The notes under the pieces: generated by a model
Database searches by the model: none
Seen by the model: only the letters and a program-made list of their open reading frames with translations
What the model was told of the DNA's origin: nothing
Assembly: GCA_964654205.1 (NCBI GenBank)
Contig: CAZZHR010000001.1
Coordinates: forward strand, 131,953-187,037
Reading direction: 5' to 3'
DNA length: 55,085 nucleotides
From: an uncultured Candidatus Saccharibacteria bacterium
Lineage (GTDB): Bacteria > Patescibacteriota > Minisyncoccia > Phycocordibacterales > UBA2100
Translations under genes and position numbers: made by a program
Part shown: positions 35,017 to 42,633 of the stretch, in pieces
Layout: the number at the start of each line of letters is the position of its first letter
Position numbering within the stretch: the first letter of the stretch is position 1

Positions 35017-36588
35017 ATGTCGTTCAAACCAAAATATTTTCTATACGCTCGCAAATCATCGGAAGACGATGATAGACAAGTGATGTCTATCGAAGCGCAA
35101 CTTTTTGAACTACGAGAATTGGCGCGTAAAGAAAAGCTTGAAATCCTAGCGGAGTTTCAAGAGTCGAAAAGCGCAAAGACGCCGGGGCGTGAGCAGTTTG
35201 CGGAAATGATGACGCGCATTGAAGCCGGAGAAGCAAACGGTATTTTGGCATGGCATCCTGACCGTCTTGCTCGCAATTCGATAGACGGCGGGCGCGTCAT
35301 TTATGCCGTTGATACTCGCAAGGTTTCGTCTTTGCGCTTTCCGACATTTTGGTTTGAACCGACCCCGCAAGGGCTCTTTATGTTGCAAGTGGCGTTCGGA
35401 CAATCCAAGTATTACAGCGATAATCTTTCCGACAATATCAAGCGCGGTGTCCGCCAGAAAGTGCGTCGCGGCGAGTGGCTGAACCTCGCTCCCTTTGGCT
35501 ATCAAAACAACCCTCGTATTCGCAATATCGAACCTCATCCAGTCAATTCAAAGATAGTGGTACGCGTATACGAGGAATACGCCAAAGGTTCGCATTCGTT
35601 CGTATCCCTCGCGCACTTTCTGGCGGACTTGGGCGTGGTGTCTCGCAACGGAACGCCACTTGCCAAAGTTTCCATCAAACGACTTCTGACTCATCGCGCA
35701 TATCTCGGCTTCGTGAAGCATGGCGACGAATGGTTTGATGGAAACTTTGAGCCAATCGTTTCTCCACAATTGTTTGAAGCCGTGCAAAAGGTGCTGAAAG
35801 AGAAGGAGCGGCCGCGCAAACGCAAAATCAAGCACGATTTTCCGTTTGTTGGTATTTTTCGATGCGGTGAGTGTGGTGGCATGATTTCCGCGCAGTGGGC
35901 AACAAACCGCTGGGGTACGAAGTATCGCTACTACCGATGCTCGAAAAAGCGCGGCCGTTGCTCTCAACCCTATGTGCGTGAAGAAGCGTTAGCGGAACAA
36001 TTACGAGCACGGCTTCAAACAATCTCGCTCCCCGAAAGATATACAGATTGGATGATGAACAAAGTGGACGAATGGGAAAAAGAAGCAGCTACTCTTTCGG
36101 GAAGCGAGGTGCAACACCTTTCACAATCAATCAAAGCGGACGAGGATCGCATGGAAAAGTTGGTTTCTACCTATTTGGATGGCGATGTGCCAAAAGAGTT
36201 GTACCTCAAAAAGAAAGACACCCTCATGCGCTCTCTCGCCGCTTTGCGACAAAAAGAGAAAGATGTTGCACGCGGAAGAAACGATTGGGTCGAACCCTTG
36301 CGGGAATGGATTTTAGATACGAAACAAGCCGCCTTTTTATCCTCATCCGACAATTTCTCCGAAATTGCCTCCTTCGTCAAAAAAGTCGGAACGAACCCTA
36401 CGGTTCGTGCCAAATCCGCGCGCTTCGGCGCGCCCGCCCCGTTCCAATTCGTCGCGGAGCGACGGCGTTTTCTCCCCAGCGCGGCAGCTTTGCTGCCGCG
36501 CCATGCAGGGCTTTCAAAATCTGAAGTTCTGTTCTGCGGAGAGGGAGGGATTCGAACCCTCGGAACGGTTTCCCGTTCAACACATTAG
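35017..36588 (+). CDS. Large serine recombinase (resolvase catalytic domain, recombinase domain, zinc ribbon, coiled coil)
   Basis: YARKSSEDD contains the catalytic Ser. ...GILAWHPDRLARN. CGECGG...YYRC is the zinc ribbon. The last ~60 codons are encoded by IR2 and by the antisense of tRNA-Ser. Confidence 0.9.
   Translation: MSFKPKYFLYARKSSEDDDRQVMSIEAQLFELRELARKEKLEILAEFQESKSAKTPGREQFAEMMTRIEAGEANGILAWHPDRLARNSIDGGRVIYAVDTRKVSSLRFPTFWFEPTPQGLFMLQVAFGQSKYYSDNLSDNIKRGVRQKVRRGEWLNLAPFGYQNNPRIRNIEPHPVNSKIVVRVYEEYAKGSHSFVSLAHFLADLGVVSRNGTPLAKVSIKRLLTHRAYLGFVKHGDEWFDGNFEPIVSPQLFEAVQKVLKEKERPRKRKIKHDFPFVGIFRCGECGGMISAQWATNRWGTKYRYYRCSKKRGRCSQPYVREEALAEQLRARLQTISLPERYTDWMMNKVDEWEKEAATLSGSEVQHLSQSIKADEDRMEKLVSTYLDGDVPKELYLKKKDTLMRSLAALRQKEKDVARGRNDWVEPLREWILDTKQAAFLSSSDNFSEIASFVKKVGTNPTVRAKSARFGAPAPFQFVAERRRFLPSAAALLPRHAGLSKSEVLFCGEGGIRTLGTVSRSTH
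36409..36539. repeat. IR2, right copy (131 bp)
   Basis: Perfect reverse complement of 34860-34990. It lies inside the 3' end of the recombinase ORF, and its outer CTGCGG overlaps the last 3 nt of tRNA-Ser. Confidence 0.95.
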
Positions 36589-36623
36589 CAGTGTGCTCCA
36601 TTCGACCGCTCTGGCACCTCTCC
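36537..36623 (-). tRNA. tRNA-Ser, anticodon GCU (class II, long variable arm)
   Basis: Hand-folded. Acceptor GGAGAGG/CCTCTCC, D stem CCA/TGG, anticodon stem GCACA/TGTGT with loop CT-GCT-AA, variable arm GAACGG-GAAA-CCGTTC, T arm GAGGG-TTCGAAT-CCCTC, discriminator G. CCA is not encoded. TATACT promoter lies upstream. Confidence 0.9.
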
Positions 36624-36737
36624 CCGGTCGCGCCAGTATACAGATTCCACGACGCCCTCGCTAGGGTGGGATATCTTTACTTGGCCCCTGCTACGTACGA
36701 TGATAAAATGGATTTGAGTGGAATCCATTTGCGCTGC

Positions 36738-38099
36738 ATGAATCACAGATTCACGTTCATCGATTTATACGCTGGCATAGGTGGCTTTAGAATTGCGCTG
36801 GAAAAACATGGTGGGAAATGTCTGGGATTTTCCGAAATCGACAAAGAGGCAGTCAGGGTCTACAAAAATAATTTCGTTCCCGAGGGTTCCGGGGAGGTGG
36901 AGTTTGGGGATGTCACCAAATTGAACAAGTTGCCCGAAGTCGATGTACTTGTCGGAGGCGTTCCGTGCCAGTCGTGGTCTGTTGCAGGCAAAATGCGGGG
37001 ATTCGACGATCCCAGAGGCCGACTCTGGATGGACACTATAAGACTGGTTGAGCTGAATTCACCCAAGGCATTCATATTTGAGAATGTAAAAGGCCTTATG
37101 GATCCGCGAAATAAGGCAAACCTTGATCTAATTCTCGAACGCTTTGCTGCGCTCAACTATGTCACACACCACACACTTCTCAACTCGTCCGATTTCGGTC
37201 TTCCCCAAAACAGAGACAGGATTTACATAGTCGGGATACGCGCGGATATAGCAACAGATACTGAATTCGCATTCCCAAATCCAGTTCCGAGCGAAAGTAG
37301 ACTACACCATTTTCTCGACAACGTGACCTCACTTGGCGCACCGAAACAGAAACTCAAGCCAGAGGAGTTGTTTGGCGGCAAGATTCCGATGGGACGCAAT
37401 AGGTATCAAAGAAATGATCAAATGAACGACTTCTTTATACTCTGTGATACGCGTGACGGGCACACGACCATACACTCGTGGGACATTATCGATACTACGC
37501 TAACGGAAAAGAAAGTATGTATGGCAATTCTTCGCAATCGTCGAAAGAAAATATACGGAACGCGAGACGGTAACCCAATCCCAGTGGAGAAACTCCGAGA
37601 ACTCGTTCCGGGCATGACGATGGGCGATATAGATTCCCTGGTGCAAAAGCGAATCTTGAGGGAAGTTACGCGTGACGCGTTCGAATTTGTGAACTCGAAG
37701 AATTCGTCGGGAATAGGGGGGGTCTACCGCATCTATCTCCCTGAATCGCAGATATTCTCCACACTAACCGCGACGGGCACGAGGGATGCGGTCGCAACCG
37801 AATCGGTGGTGGCAAAATCGCCCAGCGAGTTCAAGGCGCGATTCATAGAACATATCTATAAGCAGGGAAAGTACCGCCGGATTCACGCGCATGAGGCGGC
37901 GAGGCTTCAGGGATTTCCGGATGAATTCAAATTGCATGAAAAGCCACACATAGCTCACAAACAGTTCGGAAATGCGGTTTCTGTACCCGTAGTGTATAGT
38001 GTCATGCATTCGATTCTGAAAACGGGTGCTCTGGGATCGGTGCCGATATGGACGAACAACGGAAGAAGGAAATCATTGCAAAGGCCAAGGATTGGATGA
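36738..38099 (+). CDS. dcm: DNA (cytosine-5)-methyltransferase
   Basis: Motif I FIDLYAGIGG, IV GGVPCQSWS, VI ENVKGL, VIII QNRDRIYIVG, and IX/X RLQGFPDEF...QFGNAVSVPV. Start set at MNHRF, downstream of an extended -10 TGaTAAAAT. Confidence 0.92.
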   Translation: MNHRFTFIDLYAGIGGFRIALEKHGGKCLGFSEIDKEAVRVYKNNFVPEGSGEVEFGDVTKLNKLPEVDVLVGGVPCQSWSVAGKMRGFDDPRGRLWMDTIRLVELNSPKAFIFENVKGLMDPRNKANLDLILERFAALNYVTHHTLLNSSDFGLPQNRDRIYIVGIRADIATDTEFAFPNPVPSESRLHHFLDNVTSLGAPKQKLKPEELFGGKIPMGRNRYQRNDQMNDFFILCDTRDGHTTIHSWDIIDTTLTEKKVCMAILRNRRKKIYGTRDGNPIPVEKLRELVPGMTMGDIDSLVQKRILREVTRDAFEFVNSKNSSGIGGVYRIYLPESQIFSTLTATGTRDAVATESVVAKSPSEFKARFIEHIYKQGKYRRIHAHEAARLQGFPDEFKLHEKPHIAHKQFGNAVSVPVVYSVMHSILKTGALGSVPIWTNNGRRKSLQRPRIG

Positions 38100-38797
38100 A
38101 GTCCGGGCTAATCGCCAGTCATAAGAAAAATACACTCAAGCTGACCGATCTGAGCAGCTTCAATGTGAATCCGTTTCTTTTGCCTTACCTCGGCTACTAT
38201 TTCGAAGGAAACATAGAACCGATCACCTTGGCCAAGGTGCTCGTGTATCCGCGCGTATTGGGTACGTCGATTGCGACGTCTTTCGGCACACAAATGCAGC
38301 GCTTCATCAGCGTAGTCCTTGGAGGGTATGGATCTGTCGTCCCTGGCATGGATATTGAGTTTGAGGATAAAGTCGACGGTCGCAAAAAGTATGCGCAGGT
38401 GAAATCTGGTCCGAATTCCATCAATCGCGATGATGTGACGACTGTTCGGAATCATTTTCGTGCTGCCATCAACAGAGCGCGGACGAACAATATCCCAATT
38501 CAGCTCGATGACATGGTCTTCTGCCTGCTCTACGGCGAGCCTCATGAAAAGAACTCGTTTGTTAAAGAGCTTGAGCAGGACTACACAGTCATCATGGGCA
38601 GGGAATTTTGGCACCGGTTTACGGGTGACGAACGCTTCTATGAGCATCTCATCATAGCCATGGGTGAAGCAGCGATTGAGGTAAATATGAAGGATGTGGT
38701 CGATGAGGTAGTGAATAAATTAGCGCTCCAAATCGAAAAGGAATACACAGATTTGTATAGTGCATCGAAATCGCGCAAGAAAGAAGGGGGCTTATAG
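38048..38797 (+). CDS. Probable type II restriction endonuclease partner of the m5C methyltransferase
   Basis: It overlaps the MTase 3' end. An alternative ATG at 38096 forms an ATGA stop/start overlap. GMDIEFEDK...YAQVKSG is compatible with a PD-(D/E)XK core. Specificity cannot be read from the sequence. Confidence 0.55.
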   Translation: MDEQRKKEIIAKAKDWMKSGLIASHKKNTLKLTDLSSFNVNPFLLPYLGYYFEGNIEPITLAKVLVYPRVLGTSIATSFGTQMQRFISVVLGGYGSVVPGMDIEFEDKVDGRKKYAQVKSGPNSINRDDVTTVRNHFRAAINRARTNNIPIQLDDMVFCLLYGEPHEKNSFVKELEQDYTVIMGREFWHRFTGDERFYEHLIIAMGEAAIEVNMKDVVDEVVNKLALQIEKEYTDLYSASKSRKKEGGL

Positions 38798-38821
38798 AGC
38801 AGCACAGAATCGGGTCTGATG

Positions 38822-39469
38822 TCACGCCCTCGCCAGGGCGATGAGCGATACGGTAGCTCCTGCGCGGCGCAGAGGCGTCGCGGCGTTGGCGAGGGTCGCT
38901 CCCGTCGTGGTGACGTCGTCGATAAGGTACACGTGCGTTTTCGATACATCTGCTCCATCGCGAAGTGCAAAGGCTCCGGCTACGTTGGAGAGACGCTCGC
39001 TCCTCGGCAGCTTTGTCTGCGGTCGCGTCGCACGGGTGCGGACGAGAATGTCTGTCGAAAGAGTGGCGCGCGTGCCATCGCGGAACTCTGGCGGAAGCCG
39101 CGCTAAGACCGACTCTATCTGATTGAACCCGCGTTCACGGCGACGCGATGTGTGGAGTGGGAGGGGGATAAGGAGGATTTTCTTTGTCGAGAACGCGGCG
39201 TCGCCCGCGATTTCTTCTGTGAGGTACTCGGCGACGAGGGTCGCAAGCATGTGCGTAGCTTTTCCGCCGCCGTCGTACTTGAGCGATTGAATGAGGTCTT
39301 GCGCGGCCTCTGCCTTGTAGTCCATGAGTGTCGTTATCCGCACGCCGAGAAGGTCGTGTGTCGTGGGCGATAAAGGGAGATGCTCGATTTCCAGGCTAGA
39401 TATGCGTGCGGTGCGCGCTTTGGGCGGCACGATGGCGTCGAGAATGGTGCTGAGGAGACGCAGAAGCAT
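38822..39469 (-). CDS. comFC: ComF-family (ComFC) phosphoribosyltransferase-like competence protein
   Basis: RGFNQ...L, with the C-terminal PRTase motif VYLIDDVTTTGATL. TACAAT lies 6 nt upstream of the ATG. Confidence 0.85.
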   Translation of the reverse strand: MLLRLLSTILDAIVPPKARTARISSLEIEHLPLSPTTHDLLGVRITTLMDYKAEAAQDLIQSLKYDGGGKATHMLATLVAEYLTEEIAGDAAFSTKKILLIPLPLHTSRRRERGFNQIESVLARLPPEFRDGTRATLSTDILVRTRATRPQTKLPRSERLSNVAGAFALRDGADVSKTHVYLIDDVTTTGATLANAATPLRRAGATVSLIALARA

Positions 39470-39516
39470 GAACTAATTGTACAATCGCTCACGCACATGC
39501 GTGATAGAGTGGCGGT

Positions 39517-39807
39517 ATGTCTGAATTGCTCTCGAGGGAAGAAGCGTCGCGAAGAATCTCGAGCCTCACGGGGTGGCATATCTCGGAAGGTGGCAAGGAA
39601 CTCGAAAAAAGCTACGAATTTCCGGATTTCAAGAGCGCGCTCGCGTTCGTCAATCGCGTCGGCGAGCTTGCCGAGGCGGAGAATCATCATCCGGACATCG
39701 AATTGAAGTGGGGGAAGGTAGACATAGAGCTCTCGACGCACTCTGCGGGCGGCATTACCGACAAAGACATCTCTCTCGCTTCGAAAATTGACGCTCTACC
39801 GCGGTAA
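39517..39807 (+). CDS. phhB: 4a-hydroxytetrahydrobiopterin (pterin-4a-carbinolamine) dehydratase
   Basis: F.DF..A..F.N.V..LAE..NHHPD......V...L.TH is the PCD signature. Confidence 0.88.
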   Translation: MSELLSREEASRRISSLTGWHISEGGKELEKSYEFPDFKSALAFVNRVGELAEAENHHPDIELKWGKVDIELSTHSAGGITDKDISLASKIDALPR

Positions 39808-39826
39808 ACGATGATATAATTTCGAG

Positions 39827-40969
39827 ATGGCGTTCTCTTTGGGAGGCCTCCTCAAGAATTTTGGTGGAAAAAGCGACGAGGGTAGCGTCGTCGGCGTCGA
39901 CATAGGGACTTCGGCGGCAAAAGTCGTGCAACTGCGATCCTCGCGCGGCGTCGCGATACTTGAAACATACGGCGAGATAGCGCTCGGGCCGTACGCCGAC
40001 CAACCAATCGGCAAGGTGGTCAAACTCTCGCCTGAGAAAACTGCGCAGGCGCTCAAAGACCTCATGAAGGAGGCAAACGTGACCGCATCGAGCGCCGGCG
40101 TGTCAGTACCGTTCTCGTCGAGCCTCGTCTCTATTCTCGACCTCCCGAAAGTCGATGCGGAGTCGCTCAAACGCATCGTGCCTATCGAAGCGCGCAAGTA
40201 CATACCCGTGCCGGTTTCCGAGGTCACGCTCGACTGGTTCGTCATCCCGCAAGACGATGCGCCGGACAGTGCATTTGACCAATTGCAGACGAAGACGAAG
40301 GTGCAGGCGAAAGGACAGGAGGTACTGCTTGCGGCAATACACAACGACACGCTCCGTGCCTACCAGACCATCATGGAGGAAGTCGGGTTGAATGCCGGAT
40401 TCTATGAGATTGAGATATTCAGCGCCATCCGCAGCTCGCTCGGGCACGGGCTCGCGCCGATTATGATTGTCGATATGGGCGCGAGTACGACGAAGATGTA
40501 CATCATAGAGCGAGGCATCGTGCGTATGACGCACTTGCTCACCGTCGGAGGTCAGCAAATGACCGAGACGCTCGGTCGGACAATGAGTTGGGAATTCGAG
40601 AAAGCAGAGCGCGTCAAGCGCGAGCGGGGACTCGTGAGCTCGAGCGTGTACGCCGACGAAGAGAATGCGCGCATCAAAGAAGCGCTGTTATCAACATTGT
40701 CCCGAGTGTTTTCCGAGGTGAATCGGGTACTATTGAGCTACGGGCAGCGATACAATAAGAATGTATCGAACGTAGTCCTGACAGGTGGGGGCGCATCGCT
40801 TCCCGGAGTAGTGGATGCAGCTAAAGAGTCTCTGAACGCGCAGGTCGGCCTTGCCGATCCGTTCTCGCACACAGAGGCTCCGGCGTTTCTCGGTGATGTG
40901 CTCCGAGAGATTGGTCCAAGTTTCTCCGTCACTGTGGGGCTCGGGCTCAGAAAGCTGAAACGCGCATAA
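39827..40969 (+). CDS. pilM: Type IV pilus assembly protein PilM (actin-like ATPase)
   Basis: VGVDIGTSAAKVVQL gives the actin-fold phosphate-1 motif. First gene of the pilus cluster. TATAAT lies 6 nt upstream of the ATG. Confidence 0.85.
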   Translation: MAFSLGGLLKNFGGKSDEGSVVGVDIGTSAAKVVQLRSSRGVAILETYGEIALGPYADQPIGKVVKLSPEKTAQALKDLMKEANVTASSAGVSVPFSSSLVSILDLPKVDAESLKRIVPIEARKYIPVPVSEVTLDWFVIPQDDAPDSAFDQLQTKTKVQAKGQEVLLAAIHNDTLRAYQTIMEEVGLNAGFYEIEIFSAIRSSLGHGLAPIMIVDMGASTTKMYIIERGIVRMTHLLTVGGQQMTETLGRTMSWEFEKAERVKRERGLVSSSVYADEENARIKEALLSTLSRVFSEVNRVLLSYGQRYNKNVSNVVLTGGGASLPGVVDAAKESLNAQVGLADPFSHTEAPAFLGDVLREIGPSFSVTVGLGLRKLKRA

Positions 40970-40972
40970 TTT

Positions 40973-41686
40973 ATGGAATCCGGCATACAATCGTCGTTCA
41001 TCCCGCAGGATGCGGCGCGTCCGACCCAGGCGCCGAGGCAGGTTCGCACAGGCGGCCTGACCGAGCTCGGTTTTCTCATCGGCATTGTGCTCTTCGTGGC
41101 ATCCGCCGCCCTCGCTGGCGCGGTATTTCTCTATGAGCAGTACACGATATCAAGCGCGGGCAGCAAGAGTGAGCAGCTCCAGAGAGCTAAGGAGGCGTTC
41201 GAGCCCGCGCTCATTCACGAACTCACCCGGCTCGACGATAGGATGCGCGCTGCAGATCAAGTCCTCTCGGCGCACCTTGCCCCGATAGCGCTCTTCGATG
41301 CGCTGCAGGCTACGACGCTCTCCACTGTCTCGTTCAAGTCGCTCTCGCTCGAAGTCGTGGATTCTCAGAACATCAACATAAAAATGTCGGGCGTAGCGCA
41401 GGGGGTCAATTCCATCGCGCTCCAGGCAGACCTCTTCTCGAAGAGCGGTGTTCTCACAAACCCGATCTTTTCCGACATCAACAGGCAGGCTGACGGCGTA
41501 CATTTCAACCTGAACGCGCTCGTCAATCCCGGTGCGATCAATTATTCCCGGCTCATCAACGCCGCGGGCGCAGCTGTCTCGATTCCCTCGCAGCAAGCGC
41601 CGTCTTCGCCTTTTGGCCCCCAAGCGACAACGCCCGAACAATCTCTCGAACAACCAGTCTCTCCCGCGGCTGAAAGCGCACAATAA
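40973..41686 (+). CDS. PilN-like bitopic pilus assembly protein
   Basis: Single TM helix followed by a coiled coil. It sits in the position after pilM. Confidence 0.5.
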   Translation: MESGIQSSFIPQDAARPTQAPRQVRTGGLTELGFLIGIVLFVASAALAGAVFLYEQYTISSAGSKSEQLQRAKEAFEPALIHELTRLDDRMRAADQVLSAHLAPIALFDALQATTLSTVSFKSLSLEVVDSQNINIKMSGVAQGVNSIALQADLFSKSGVLTNPIFSDINRQADGVHFNLNALVNPGAINYSRLINAAGAAVSIPSQQAPSSPFGPQATTPEQSLEQPVSPAAESAQ

Positions 41687-41688
41687 AT

Positions 41689-42258
41689 ATGTTCAAGACC
41701 ATTATTTCAGTTGTGTGTTTCGTAGCCGCGGGAGCGATATTCTTCCTCTACACGCAGCCGACCTATGACGCGGTGAAGCAGTCGAGCGCGCAGATATCGC
41801 AGTATGATGAGGCGCTGAGTAAGGCCGCGGAGCTCCAACAGCTCAAGCAGTCGCTCCTCTCGAAGTACAACACGTTTAACCCGAGCGATATCGAGCGATT
41901 GCAGAAGCTCCTGCCCGACCACGTCGACAACGTCCGTCTCATTCTCGACGTCGATAGCGTAGCGGGAAGGCACTCCATGGCAATACAGAATGTGGTTGTG
42001 AGCTCGTCGCAGAGTGCAAAGACGTCGCAGACGGCCATCGGTACGGTGAGTTCGTCGAGGCAGAAGTACGATTCGCTCACGATAAAATTCACGACACAAG
42101 GTACGTACGAGAGTTTCCGTGCGTTTCTTGAGGACATGCAGCGAAGTCTCCGCATTGCTGACCTCACGTCGCTTACCATGACCCGCATTGACGCCGCGGG
42201 CGGCGTGAACCCGCTTTACAACTTTGAGGTGGTCATGCGCACGTACTGGCTCAAATAA
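41689..42258 (+). CDS. PilO-like pilus assembly protein
   Basis: N-terminal TM helix, coiled coil and a ferredoxin-like C-terminus. Position in the cluster fits. Confidence 0.55.
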   Translation: MFKTIISVVCFVAAGAIFFLYTQPTYDAVKQSSAQISQYDEALSKAAELQQLKQSLLSKYNTFNPSDIERLQKLLPDHVDNVRLILDVDSVAGRHSMAIQNVVVSSSQSAKTSQTAIGTVSSSRQKYDSLTIKFTTQGTYESFRAFLEDMQRSLRIADLTSLTMTRIDAAGGVNPLYNFEVVMRTYWLK

Positions 42259-42263
42259 TTCTT

Positions 42264-42629
42264 ATGTCCTGGATACGTCAAAACAAACTTGTATTCGCAC
42301 TCATCATTGTAGTGCTCACGGGGGGGATATGGTACGGCCTCTCGAGCGGGAACGAGGCGCCGCCGCTCCTTGCCACTACCTCGCCAGAGGGAGAGACCGT
42401 GCAGCAGCAAAACACCGATCAAGAGATTATTGGTACGCTGCTTGCATTGCGGGCGGTGACCCTTACGGGTTCGATTTTCAACGACGCGAGTTTTAGATCA
42501 CTTCAGGATTTCGGCACGACCCTTGTGCCCGAGCCGATCGGCAGGCAGAACCCGTTCGCTCCGCTATCGACACCCTCTCTAAATTCGCTAGGCGCCACGA
42601 GCACACAGCTCTTCACGCCCACGCAATAG
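42264..42629 (+). CDS. Small membrane-anchored protein of the pilus cluster
   Basis: N-terminal TM helix. Position between the pilO-like gene and pilB. Confidence 0.4.
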   Translation: MSWIRQNKLVFALIIVVLTGGIWYGLSSGNEAPPLLATTSPEGETVQQQNTDQEIIGTLLALRAVTLTGSIFNDASFRSLQDFGTTLVPEPIGRQNPFAPLSTPSLNSLGATSTQLFTPTQ

Positions 42630-42633
42630 CGGT

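Larger units (their letters stand above)
31647..36539. mobile_element. Integrated large-serine-recombinase element at the 3' end of tRNA-Ser(GCU), with nested long inverted repeats
   Basis: Bounded by CTGCGG at 31647-31652 and 36534-36539, giving a 4,887-bp unit. Unique segments are AT-richer than the flanks. It contains the recombinase, an XRE regulator and five unknown genes. See findings. Confidence 0.65.

Noticed and set aside
34656-35072. 138-aa ORF spanning IR1 plus IR2 and overlapping the recombinase start
   Set aside because: The composition is low-complexity and Arg/Gly/Ser-rich, typical of an open frame in GC-rich structured DNA. There is no start context. I cannot strictly exclude it as a small basic (RDF-like) protein.
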